In this document: positions 8,841 through 18,300 of the stretch, piece by piece
Numbering within the stretch: position 1 is the stretch's first letter
Layout of the letters: every line of letters starts with the position of its first letter
Source of the DNA: Caldilineaceae bacterium
GTDB taxonomy: Bacteria > Chloroflexota > Anaerolineae > Caldilineales > Caldilineaceae
Length of the DNA stretch: 64,000 bases
Direction: 5' to 3'
NCBI GenBank assembly: GCA_963422415.1
Contig: OY729430.1
Span: forward strand, 2,517,598 to 2,581,597
Notes under the pieces: generated by a model
The model's input: only the letters and a program-made list of their open reading frames with translations
What the model was told of the DNA's origin: nothing
The model's database searches: none
Position numbers and translations under genes: made by a program

Positions 8841-10151
8841 CTATTTCAACTGCCAAGGGCTGGCCATCACTCCCACATGCGAGAAAGAAAGTGGAAGCTC
8901 GTCGTCAATGGACAGCCGCGGATGGGTCTCTATGTCCTTTCGCAGACTGGGGCTGGCATAGAACTCGTCGACCATCAGCGTATTCCGTATAAATACCATT
9001 CGGGCTTCTTCCGGGGGCTTGGCACATCCTCTGATTGCCACCTGCAGAGATTGCTCATCGGCAGGCATGGTAATGGGCAGATGCACCCTGAACATTCCGA
9101 AAATGCCAGAGGTGATTGCATTGGTATAAGTGGCCACCCAGTCAATCTTTTCGGCCACGCGCGCAGTGGTCACATTGGCCAGTCCAAGTCCGGATACATT
9201 GCCGTGTGTCTCGGGAGTCAGATCCAGGACCGTGATAAGTCCTACATCCACTGCGCCGAAATCTTCCGGCTGCCGCGGGATCATCAACCGGCTTGCTACA
9301 TTGGTGTCCATGCCTGTGCCGCTGATGTTCTTGCCCAGTTCCTTAACCACCAGGATGTCTATGGCGTCAAAAGGCAGACTGGCCATCCGCTCCTTGGCCT
9401 CGACCAGCAATTCCGCCTCGCGGGCCGTGCCGATCTCCCCGTCGCTTAGGAACTCGATGCGGGCCGTCTGGTCATAGGCATTTTCAATCGGACACAGCGC
9501 TCCGATCAGATTCGTTTCTGCCTCGTATAGGCGGGCCGCGGGAGCCAGGTATTTCTGAAAGTTTTCTCCTCCGCCGGCATGCATAACGGAAGCCCCGTGC
9601 TGCTTGCCCAAGCCAATGACCGACATCTTGGAGGGCCCGCTCTCCAATGTGCCCCTGAAGTCGGTATGCGGCTTGATGCGGCTAATCAAGATGCAATGAT
9701 CCGCGGCCATGGACTCCACGCCCTGAAACAGAACGGGCCCATTCTCAATCTCGCCAATGGACTTGACCTCCATGGTGGCCCTTATGTCACATCCAACGCT
9801 TTGGGCCGTCACGCCCAGCTCCGCCATCATCAGCTTTTGCCCTTCGGCCGTAGCGCCCCCGTGGCTGCCCATGGCGGGAAAGACAAAGGGCCGGAAACCA
9901 TGCTCGCGCAACCAGTCTACACTGGCCTTGGCCAAGACCGGAATGTGGGCAATGCCACGGCTTCCCACCCCCACCCCCACTGTCGCCCCAGGCTGCATGC
10001 GGTGATAGACGCCGCTCTCAGTCCAAGCCTCGTGAACCCGCCCGGGCAAGTCCTCCACCTGGCTGGCATTGAAAGTCTGTCGCACCTTCAACAGCGTTTC
10101 CGGCAAAGGGGCGGGAAAGTTCAATTCTTGAATTTGCTTTAACAACTGCAT
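8841..10151 (-). CDS. LarA-like / DUF2088 (lactate-racemase N-terminal domain) family protein, substrate unknown
   Basis: 436 aa. The pattern VGVGVGSRGIAHIP...FPAMGSHGGATAEGQ...ILISRIKPHTDFRGTLESGPSKMSVIGLGKQHGASVMH parallels the LarA layout (SDHTRP...ATGFHRPST...LISEGFIESHFFAGFSGGRKS) as I recall it. Family assignment is by eye only. Confidence 0.5.
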   Translation of the reverse strand: MQLLKQIQELNFPAPLPETLLKVRQTFNASQVEDLPGRVHEAWTESGVYHRMQPGATVGVGVGSRGIAHIPVLAKASVDWLREHGFRPFVFPAMGSHGGATAEGQKLMMAELGVTAQSVGCDIRATMEVKSIGEIENGPVLFQGVESMAADHCILISRIKPHTDFRGTLESGPSKMSVIGLGKQHGASVMHAGGGENFQKYLAPAARLYEAETNLIGALCPIENAYDQTARIEFLSDGEIGTAREAELLVEAKERMASLPFDAIDILVVKELGKNISGTGMDTNVASRLMIPRQPEDFGAVDVGLITVLDLTPETHGNVSGLGLANVTTARVAEKIDWVATYTNAITSGIFGMFRVHLPITMPADEQSLQVAIRGCAKPPEEARMVFIRNTLMVDEFYASPSLRKDIETHPRLSIDDELPLSFSHVGVMASPWQLK

Positions 10152-10194
10152 TGCGCACTCCTGAAGTATGGGGCAATCTCCAGTCCTCGAAACA

Positions 10195-10914
10195 CTACCC
10201 CTTGACCCGGGCCACTATTTCCTGCATCAGACCGCCAAAATTATCCGAATTCGCCTTGAAGGCGTCGCGGGCAATCACCAGCGGCGCCCCAAACACCACA
10301 ATCTCCGCCCCCATCTCCAAGGTGTCCAACGCCTGTTCCACACTCAGCCCCCCCACGGCTTGCACGGGAATGGACACTGCATCGACTACGGTGGCCAAAT
10401 CCTCCAACGGAGTTCGTTCCGGTTCCAGATTCCGCTCGTCGAAGCCAGTATGCACGATGATGTAATCCACTCCCAGCTCTTCCGCCCGGCGGGCCCGTCC
10501 CGGTTTGTCGGGACAGAGCATCACGTCGCACATGACCTTCTTGCCGTACTGGCGGGCCATTGCCACTTGGGCGATGATGCTGGCATCGTGGGCCTGCCCC
10601 ATCACCACCACCATATCCGCACCGGCCCGAAACATCATTTCCCCCTCCAAGCCGGCTCCGTCCATGGTCTTCAGGTCCGCGATGAGGGGGACTCCTGGAA
10701 AGGCCTCCCGCAGAGCTCGCACCCCATGCAGCCCTTCCGCCAGAATCAGGGGCGTGCCGGCTTCCAGCCAATCCACGCCCGCCGCGTGGGCCACGTGGGC
10801 CATCTCCAGAGCTTCGGGAATGGTGGTCACATCCAAGGAAACCTGAATGATAGGGGCAGGGTGGACCGACATGGCTTCCATCTTGAAATTATGCAGAACA
10901 GACTCTAGTTCCAA
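10195..10914 (-). CDS. 3-keto-L-gulonate-6-P decarboxylase / 3-hexulose-6-P synthase family (OMP-decarboxylase superfamily)
   Basis: IIQVSLDV, GVDWLEAGTPL, IADLKTMDGAG and VVVMG motifs. The real start may be the internal MEAM/MSV (about 10872-10881), because 10905-10914 overlaps the upstream gene. Confidence 0.75.
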   Translation of the reverse strand: MELESVLHNFKMEAMSVHPAPIIQVSLDVTTIPEALEMAHVAHAAGVDWLEAGTPLILAEGLHGVRALREAFPGVPLIADLKTMDGAGLEGEMMFRAGADMVVVMGQAHDASIIAQVAMARQYGKKVMCDVMLCPDKPGRARRAEELGVDYIIVHTGFDERNLEPERTPLEDLATVVDAVSIPVQAVGGLSVEQALDTLEMGAEIVVFGAPLVIARDAFKANSDNFGGLMQEIVARVKG

Positions 10915-11942
10915 GTCAGGACAGATTTTACGCTGTACCCTGACTCCATGCGCTCAAAGGCTTCGTGCCACTCTTGCAAGGGATAGACTCCCCCGATCAC
11001 CGGTCCCAGGTTGAGCTGGCCCGTATCCAGCAGCCTTAGCACGCGCTCCCACGTGCCATACGTATGGCTAAAGGCACCCTGCAAGTGAATCGCCTTCTGG
11101 ACCAAAAGATCCAGATTGAAGTCCAGAGGCTGCGGTCCCCATCCAATCTTGGTGATCTGGCCATTGGGACGAACCAGTTCCATGCCCTGCCGCAAGGCCC
11201 GGCTGACTCCGGTGCAATCGACCACCAGATCCGCGCCCGCTCCATCGCCCAGCGAGTCGATCAAGGCCTTGGGATCCTCCTTTTCGACGTTCAGCACATG
11301 ATCGGCCCCCAGCTCTGCGGCCACGTTCAGGCGGCGCGTGTCAGCACCGGTGCCCAAGACCACCAATGTACCAGCTCCGCGTATGCGGGCCACCTGCAGA
11401 GCCATGATGCCAATGGGGCCCGGACCCTGAATAACCACTAGGTCACCGGGACGCATGGCAGTCTTTTCCACCAATGCGTTGTAGGCCACACACCCCGGTT
11501 CCGTCAAGGCGGCTTGCTCATAAGTGACACGGTCCGGAATTCTGTGCAGAATCTCGGGACGGGCCACGACATACGCGGTGAAGGCCCCGTGCGTCAGGGC
11601 TCCGTACCCCAGACGGCTGGGACACATGTTGTAGCTGCCGTCCAAGCAGTAGCTGCAGCGGCCGCAGACGGAGGCCGCGGTTTCGCAGGCAACCCGGTCA
11701 CCTGCCCTAAAGCCCTGTACGTCCTGACCTACCTCCACTATCTCGCCACTGAATTCGTGGCCCAGCACCAAGGGCAGAATAATGTCCCAACTGTGCTGGT
11801 TGCGCCATAAATGCACGTCGCTGCCACAGACACCGGCGGCCTTGACATTGATGACCACCTTGTCCTCGGACCCGGTCGGCTCGTCCATGGAACGAATCTC
11901 GACCTCCCTGTCCCCGGTTCCATATTTGACTAGCGCTTCCAT
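10905..11942 (-). CDS. Zn-dependent MDR dehydrogenase (sorbitol/threonine dehydrogenase-like)
   Basis: GVCGSDVH, GHEFSGEIVEVG, CGRCSYCLDGSYNMC, GPGPIGIM. Confidence 0.85.
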   Translation of the reverse strand: MEALVKYGTGDREVEIRSMDEPTGSEDKVVINVKAAGVCGSDVHLWRNQHSWDIILPLVLGHEFSGEIVEVGQDVQGFRAGDRVACETAASVCGRCSYCLDGSYNMCPSRLGYGALTHGAFTAYVVARPEILHRIPDRVTYEQAALTEPGCVAYNALVEKTAMRPGDLVVIQGPGPIGIMALQVARIRGAGTLVVLGTGADTRRLNVAAELGADHVLNVEKEDPKALIDSLGDGAGADLVVDCTGVSRALRQGMELVRPNGQITKIGWGPQPLDFNLDLLVQKAIHLQGAFSHTYGTWERVLRLLDTGQLNLGPVIGGVYPLQEWHEAFERMESGYSVKSVLTWN

Positions 11943-11966
11943 TCTGCTCCTTGCGTCACAAAGCGA

Positions 11967-12857
11967 TCAGTCGAAGTGATACGCCCGCATCTCTTTCAGG
12001 AAATCCACGCTCCGCTTCATTTCCTCCATGCCGTTCATGCCATCCTCGATGCTCACCCAGCCAGCAAAGTTGCGGCTGGCCAGACGGCTGAAGATCGCGT
12101 CATAGTCGTTCAAGCCCTGCCCTGTAACCCCGTGCTGGAGCTCGTCTAGGTAACCGATGCTGCCATCCTGCACTCGCAGGGCCTCCAGACTGGTGTCCGG
12201 CGTCAGGTACCTGTCACTGGCGTGCACGGTGACCACCCGGGGCAGCACTGCATCCAGCAAGGCGATGGGATCGTCGCCCGCCACAAGGGCATTGGAAGGA
12301 TCGTACTGTATCCCGAACCACTTCGAATCCGGAATTCGCTCCAAGACTCGCAGAAAGACTTCCATCTTCTGCGCAAACTCCGGATACAGCCAGTATCCAT
12401 CCTTGTAGTGATTTTCGAGAGCCAACACCACACCCAGCTCCGCCGCCACCGGCAGGACTGTCTGAAATGCCTCCACCACCAGGTCCAGTCCGACTTCCAA
12501 GGACAGGTCCGGATACCGCTGCCCGGTCAGGATGCGGCAGGTCACACCTTCGCCGCCCAAGTGACGCGCCACCTGCATCATATTCACCTGGTGTTCCACG
12601 GCCTTCTGACGCATTTCCAGCTGGGGATGCGTGAAATCTGCCGAGACACAGAGCATGGGCATTTCATAGCCGCGGGCCGCCAAGGCTTCGCCTATGGAGT
12701 CCAAGTACGGTCCCTCCAAAGAGGCAACAAAGCCTTCGTACAGCTCCAAGCCCTCTACGTCCAAAGATTCTGACATGCGAATCCAATCAAAGACATCCAT
12801 GGTGCGATGGACACAGATGTCATCCAGATAGCACTTGGGAAAGGCGGCGATGCGCAT
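11967..12857 (-). CDS. Sugar phosphate isomerase/epimerase (xylose-isomerase-like TIM barrel; UlaE/SgbU-like)
   Basis: 296 aa with LEGLELY..., LALENHYKDGYW, and QYDPSNALVAGDDP. Confidence 0.8.
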   Translation of the reverse strand: MRIAAFPKCYLDDICVHRTMDVFDWIRMSESLDVEGLELYEGFVASLEGPYLDSIGEALAARGYEMPMLCVSADFTHPQLEMRQKAVEHQVNMMQVARHLGGEGVTCRILTGQRYPDLSLEVGLDLVVEAFQTVLPVAAELGVVLALENHYKDGYWLYPEFAQKMEVFLRVLERIPDSKWFGIQYDPSNALVAGDDPIALLDAVLPRVVTVHASDRYLTPDTSLEALRVQDGSIGYLDELQHGVTGQGLNDYDAIFSRLASRNFAGWVSIEDGMNGMEEMKRSVDFLKEMRAYHFD

Positions 12858-12864
12858 GGCTGGA

Positions 12865-13848
12865 TCAGGGCTCCAGAATTACCTTTATGAGATCCAGTTC
12901 ACCCTTGGCCAACCCCTCGATGATGGCTGGCCCCTCCTCGAGGGGAGCCACCTGTTCAATCAAGGGGGCCACATCCAGGAGACCCGCGTCAATGGACTGG
13001 ATCACCTTCTCGAATTCATCGGAAAACCCATATGTGCCCGCGACAGTGATTTCCCGAGTCACCACTTCCTGCATGTTGACCTCGATCATGAGATCGCTGT
13101 TGCCTATCCACGTCACATGCCCCCCCACTCTGACCATGGCGTGGGCCTGCTGCACCGACTTGGACAGCCCCACGGCCTCAATTGCCACGTCCGCTCCGAT
13201 CTGGCGGGTTATGTCCATAATCCTTGCTACAGGGTCTTCATCCCTGACATTGATGGCCACATCCGCCCCGGCACGGCGTGCCGCCTCCAATCTGCGCTCG
13301 CTCATGTCTGTCACGACAATGGTGCCAGCCCCGCCTAGACGGGCACACAGCATCGCCAGCAAGCCGATGGCGCCGGCGCCGACCACCACCACGGTGTCCA
13401 TAAGATCCAGAGGCGTGCGGGACAGTGCATGCATGGCAATCGAAAGAGGTTCGCACATGGCAGCCTGATGCCAAGTCATGCCTTCCGGCTTGGGGTACAG
13501 CATGGACTTGTGCACACGCACCAAGTCTGCATAGGCCCCTTGCGCATTGACCCCCAGCACATCTCGTTGTCCTATCCCGTCATAGGGAAACAGAGGCGAG
13601 ACAATGACTTCATCCTCTTCTTCCACACCCCTGACATTGCTGCCCAGAGCTGCCACAACGCCACTGAATTCATGGCCCATGATCATGGGAGGAGTACGCC
13701 GGCCGGTACTTCCAGTGTATCCGTGAACATCGGATCCGCAGATGCCCACGGCTTTGACACTGACCAAGACATCATCTGTAGCAAGCTCCGGCGGAGAGGC
13801 CTCGCTGACCTGCATATGCCAAGGAGCGGTGTAAAGCAGTGTCTTCAT
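12865..13848 (-). CDS. MDR-family dehydrogenase lacking the four-Cys structural-zinc lobe
   Basis: GICGSDVHGY, GHEFSGVVAALG, GAGAIGLL. The usual CxxCxxC...C segment is replaced by SPLFPYDGIGQRDVLG. Confidence 0.8.
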   Translation of the reverse strand: MKTLLYTAPWHMQVSEASPPELATDDVLVSVKAVGICGSDVHGYTGSTGRRTPPMIMGHEFSGVVAALGSNVRGVEEEDEVIVSPLFPYDGIGQRDVLGVNAQGAYADLVRVHKSMLYPKPEGMTWHQAAMCEPLSIAMHALSRTPLDLMDTVVVVGAGAIGLLAMLCARLGGAGTIVVTDMSERRLEAARRAGADVAINVRDEDPVARIMDITRQIGADVAIEAVGLSKSVQQAHAMVRVGGHVTWIGNSDLMIEVNMQEVVTREITVAGTYGFSDEFEKVIQSIDAGLLDVAPLIEQVAPLEEGPAIIEGLAKGELDLIKVILEP

Positions 13849-14329
13849 TGAGATGCATCCTGTTGAAAACCGGCAGGATCAGCAAGGTCAAAGGCTACCC
13901 ACCTCGACGGCATGTCCTGTCCAAGGCATGTGCGACTTCAAACGGATCGAACCGCACTGATCTTGGCAGCACCCCAATTGTAACCGTCTCGCGCAGGCAA
14001 AGGGCCAAGCCTCCGTGCCTTGAAAGTCTTGCAGTTCACCTTTGCCCGTCAAGAGATCCTCCTCAATCTCATTTCAATCCAGGCTGCTTGGCAGCACAGA
14101 CACCAGCCTTGCCTGCCCAAGAACCATTTATGACGCCGTGCAAGAGACAGATTTGAGATCCATCCTAGGGACACCCCATTTCCTGTTTGTCCTTTGGATG
14201 AAGACCTGAAAGTTTCCTTGCACAGGGCAAGGCAGTGCAGATCTCAATATCCTTAACGTCGCCGAAATTTGGCAAGCCATGGAGCATCACGGCCTTCATA
14301 AGCCTGGTCAGGTTTTCCCTCGTTTTCAA

Positions 14330-15124
14330 GCGTCTGAGGCATTCCTTTCAAGTTGGACTTTCACCGACTGCACGCGAGCGAAGGCGACGTGCGTGACGCG
14401 TTGCGTGCGGAGCAGATGACAGACCACTGTCGGAATGGCAGCAGGCTCGTGGAGACAGTCGGCGCGAGATTCTGCTGCCATGGTCAGTGGATGGAGGGAC
14501 AGGTCCATGCTGGGATAGGTCACGAGGTCATTGACCGAGAATGTGGCACGGCAATCCTGTCTGTCCCATGCATTGGCGACACAGTCATCAAGGTGGTTTG
14601 CAATTGTCAAACTGTCACTTGCAGTCGTCCTGATGCAAACAGCCCGAAATTGGTTTTGAGCATGCCTGCGCGTCCATCTGTCACAGGTGAAACAGGAAGG
14701 CAACAAGAAACGATGCAAAGATTGTTCTCGCTGCCAGCACAGCAGCGAGAACAATCTCTCGGCATTCCTCGTAGGGCATCTCACTGGCTCCCTGCAAGCG
14801 CAAGGCTTGGGATCGCATGCCGGGTCTAGACTCTGGCACCATCCTTCTGACACCGCATGCGATAGCCACGGCCCCACAGGGGTTTGTCGGCGCAGTTGCA
14901 TATGAAATCCGCTGCCGTGCGCTCAATCCCATGGAGCGTTCATCCGGACGGAGTATCCAAACAAGAATCCATGCAGATTCCCACGATTGCATTGGCTGTC
15001 GAGCTATTCCCATGCCAGACAGCTGCGAAAGCAGCCGCTCTCTTTCATGTTCCGTCGGCGGCCAAGGCCAGCGCGTAGACTTGACGGCCCTAAGGCTGTG
15101 CCGTGGCAGGTGCACAGCAAGCAA
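14330..15124 (-). pseudogene. Possible relic of an IS630/Tc1-like transposase N-terminal (HTH) region - very tentative
   Basis: Minus-strand frames give PPTEHERERLLSQLSGMGIARQPMQSWESAWILVWILRPDERSMGLSARQRISYATAPTNP...ESRPGMRSQALRL. After a frame change they give RWTRRHAQNQ...CRATFSVNDL. This loosely follows the IS630 pattern (LSxEERxxLExL...ARIVLL..G.S...IA..LGVS..TV...RPRSGRP...HWS.R.LA...FKLSNDP). Judged by eye only. No intact ORF or terminal repeats were identified. Confidence 0.15.
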
Positions 15125-15312
15125 ATCGACACGTCGTTATGCCCCGTATGCAAGCAAAGGTCCAAGTGCGAAGCCGTTGAGCACTTGGCCTAGGCTGTCC
15201 ACAGAGCAGCGCGACGCTGATGAAGATCGAAATGTCGGGACACTGCCATCGTCAGCTTCTGGCCGGACAGATGCAGTGTGTGCAAAACCGAGCCCTTCTG
15301 GCAGCAGGATAG

Positions 15313-18300
15313 TCAGTGCGTGATCTGCTGGCGGCAGTCCAGACAACTGGCTGGCAGTGCAACCAGCTGGCCGCTATGGTCCAGAAACAGTCTTTCCAGC
15401 GGGGACAGATCCACGAAGAAGTCTGCCGGAATCGTGGCCAGCTGAGGGGTGCGCCAAATCAACGTGCGCAATGCGGCAAGATCGGCCAACAGATCCTCCG
15501 GTACCGTTGTCAGACGGTCACTCGACAGATACAGATTCTGCAGCTGGGAGAGTCCCGCGAAGAGATTCGGTGGCAGAGCAACCAGATCAACTATATCGGC
15601 CATCGACGTGTCATCCATCCTCAAATCGGTGCCCAGACACAGCATCTGCAGGGCCCCCAAGTCGGCGAAGAGACCCGCCGGCAGTGTGGACAGCTTGGTA
15701 TTGCACAGATTCAGTTTCTGCAGGGCGTCCAGCCCGGCAAAGAGACCCGCCGGCAGCGCAGTCAGCGCCGTGTTGCCACTCAGATACAGCGTCTGCAGGG
15801 CGTCCAGCCCGGCAAAGAGACCCGCCGGCAGGGCAGTCAGCGCCGTGTTGCCACTCAGATACAGCGTCTGCAGGGCGTCCAGCCCGGCAAAGAGACCCGC
15901 CGGCAGCGCAGTCAGCGCCGTGTTATCTCTCAGATTCAGTTCCTGCAGGGCGTCCAGCCCGGCAAAGAGACCCACCGGCAGGGTAGTCAGCGCCGTGTTG
16001 TCATTCAGATACAGCGTCTGCAGGGCGTCCAGCCCGGCAAAGAGACCCACCGGCAGGGTAGTCAGCGCCGTGTTGTCACTCAGATACAGCGTCTGCAGGG
16101 CGTCCAGCTCGGCAAAGAGACCCACCGGCAGGGTAGTCAGCGCCGTGTTGTCACTCAGATACAGCGTCTGCAGGGCGTCCAGCTCGGCAAAGAGACCCAC
16201 CGGCAGGGTAGTCAGCGCCGTGTTGCCACTCAGATACAGCGTCTGCAGGGCGTCCAGCCCGGCAAAGAACTTCCTCGGAACCGCGGCCAGCTGGGGGGTG
16301 TACCAAGACAGCGTGTGCAACGCGGCAAGATCGGCCAATAGATCCTCCGGTACCGTTGTCAGACGGTTACTCGACAGACGCAGCGTCTGCAGGGCGTCCA
16401 GCTCGGCAAAGAACTTCCTCGGAACCGCGGCCAGCTGGGGAGTGTGCCAAGACAGCCTGTGCAACGCGGCAAGATCGGCCAATAGATCCTCCGGTACCGT
16501 TGTCAGACGGTTACTCGACAGACGCAGCGTCTGCAGGGCACTCAGTCCGGCAAAGAGATCTGGTGACAGGCGCTCCACTCTGGTGTCGTGCAGCTGCAGC
16601 GTCTGCAGGGCGTCCAGCCCGGCAAAGAGACCCGCCGGCAGGGTAGCCAGCACCTTGTTGCCGCGCAGATGCAGCGCCTGCAGGGCGGTTAGGCCGGCGA
16701 AAAGACCCACGGGTAGATGCTCCACTCTGGTGTCATGCAGATGCAGCGTCTGCAGGGTGTCCAGCCCGGCAAAGAGACCCGCCGGCAGGTGTTCCACTCC
16801 GGTGTCCTCCAGATGCAGCGTCTGCAGGGCGTCCAGCCCGGCAAAGAGACCCACGGGTAGATGCTCCGCTCCGGTGTCACTCAAATGCAGGGTCTGCAGG
16901 GCGTCCAGTCCAGCAAAGAGACCCGCCGGCAGCGCAGTCAGCACCTTGTTGCCGCGCAGATGCAGGGTCTGCAGGGCATCCAGCCCGGCAAAGAGACCCG
17001 CCGGCAGGTGCCCCACTCCGGTGTCCTCCAGATGCAGGGTCTGCAGGGTGTCCAGCCCGGCAAAGAGACCTACCGGCAGGGCAGTCAGCGCCGTGTTGCC
17101 GCTCAGATGCAGGGTCTGCAGGGTGTCCAGCCCGGCAAAGAGACCTACCGGCAGGGCAGTCAGCGCCGTGTTGCCGCGCAGATGCAGCGTCTGCAGGGCG
17201 TCCAGCCCGGCAAAGAGACCTACCGGCAGGGCAGTCAGCGCCGTGTTGCCGCGCAGATGCAGCGTCTGCAGGGCGTCCAGCCCGGCAAAGAGACCCGCCG
17301 GCAGCGCAGCCAGCTGATTGTAATCCAGATGCAGCGTCTGCAGGGTGTCCAGCCCGGCAAAGAGACCCGCCGGCAGCGCAGTCAGCGCCGTGTTGCCGCG
17401 CAGATGCAGCGTCTGCAGGGCGTCCAGCCCGGCAAAGAGACCCGCCGGCAGGTGTTCCACTCCGGTGTCCTCCAGATGCAGCGTCTGCAGGGCGTCCAGC
17501 CCGGCAAAGAGACCCGCCGGCAGGTGTTCCACTCCGGTGTCCTCCAGATGCAGCGTCTGCAGGGCGTCCAGCCCGGCGAAGAGACCCGCCGGCAGCGCAG
17601 CCAGCTGATTGTGACCCAGATCCAGCGTCTGCAGGGTGTCCAGCCCGGCGAAGAGACCCGCCGGCAGCGCAGCCAGCTGATTGTGACCCAGATCCAGCGT
17701 CTGCAGGGTGTCCAGCCCGGCAAAGAGACCCGCCGGCAGCGCAGCCAGCTGATTGTGACCCAGATCCAGCGTCTGCAGGGCAGTCAGGCCGGCGAAAAGA
17801 CCCGGCGGTAGCGCAGCCAGCTGATTGCGACGCAGATCCAGCGTCTGCAGGGCAGTCAGGCCTGCGAAATCATCAGCCCGCAGCTGACCCAAGTGGCTGT
17901 AGTGCAGATCCAGAGCGGTTACGCTTGCCAGCTGCGCTGCACCAACAGATGCACAGGTCTCCTGGCTCGTCAGTGCAGTCAAGGCGGATGCCACCACCTG
18001 CGCGCGCCCATGCAGGGGGCCGTCCTCGCACCACGCCTCGTTCGTAGTCCAAGCCAGTTTCGTCTCGTAGCGCAGATAGCCTGTGCCCTCTACCCGTTCA
18101 TCATCTACATAGCGCACGGCACCCTCCCGCGTCACCAGAAGTCCAAAGCTGCGTGCCGCTGCGGCCAAGTCCTGTCCTTGTACATCCACCGGATGGGCTA
18201 CCACCGTCCTGTTCACCCGGGTCACTGGCCGGTACCCAGCCGGCACCTTAAACAGATCGGTCGGCTCTTGGCGCGCATAATGCTGCACCGGCGAGCGCCA

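Noticed and set aside
14326-14901. 191-aa (-) and 158-aa (+) ORFs in the island's left spacer as real genes
   Set aside because: They are mutually overlapping on opposite strands, Cys/Arg-rich, and have no SD and no recognisable domain. They are kept only as a possible decayed transposase relic at very low confidence.
15316-17811. Long plus-strand ORFs (341, 209, 622, 316 aa and others) antisense to LRR1
   Set aside because: They are by-products of a stop-poor, periodic, GC-rich repeat. Their translations are monotonous Arg/Ser/Ala/Gln repeats (…RASSPAKRPAGRAVSAVLPLRYSVC…). They fully overlap a gene with a signal peptide, an SD and a clear LRR consensus on the other strand.
15690-17880. Possible CRISPR array suggested by regular 72/75-bp periodicity (also 23550-24480)
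   Set aside because: There is no alternation of conserved repeats with unique spacers. The whole period is conserved, lies in one long reading frame and encodes canonical LRR units. No cas genes are in the window.
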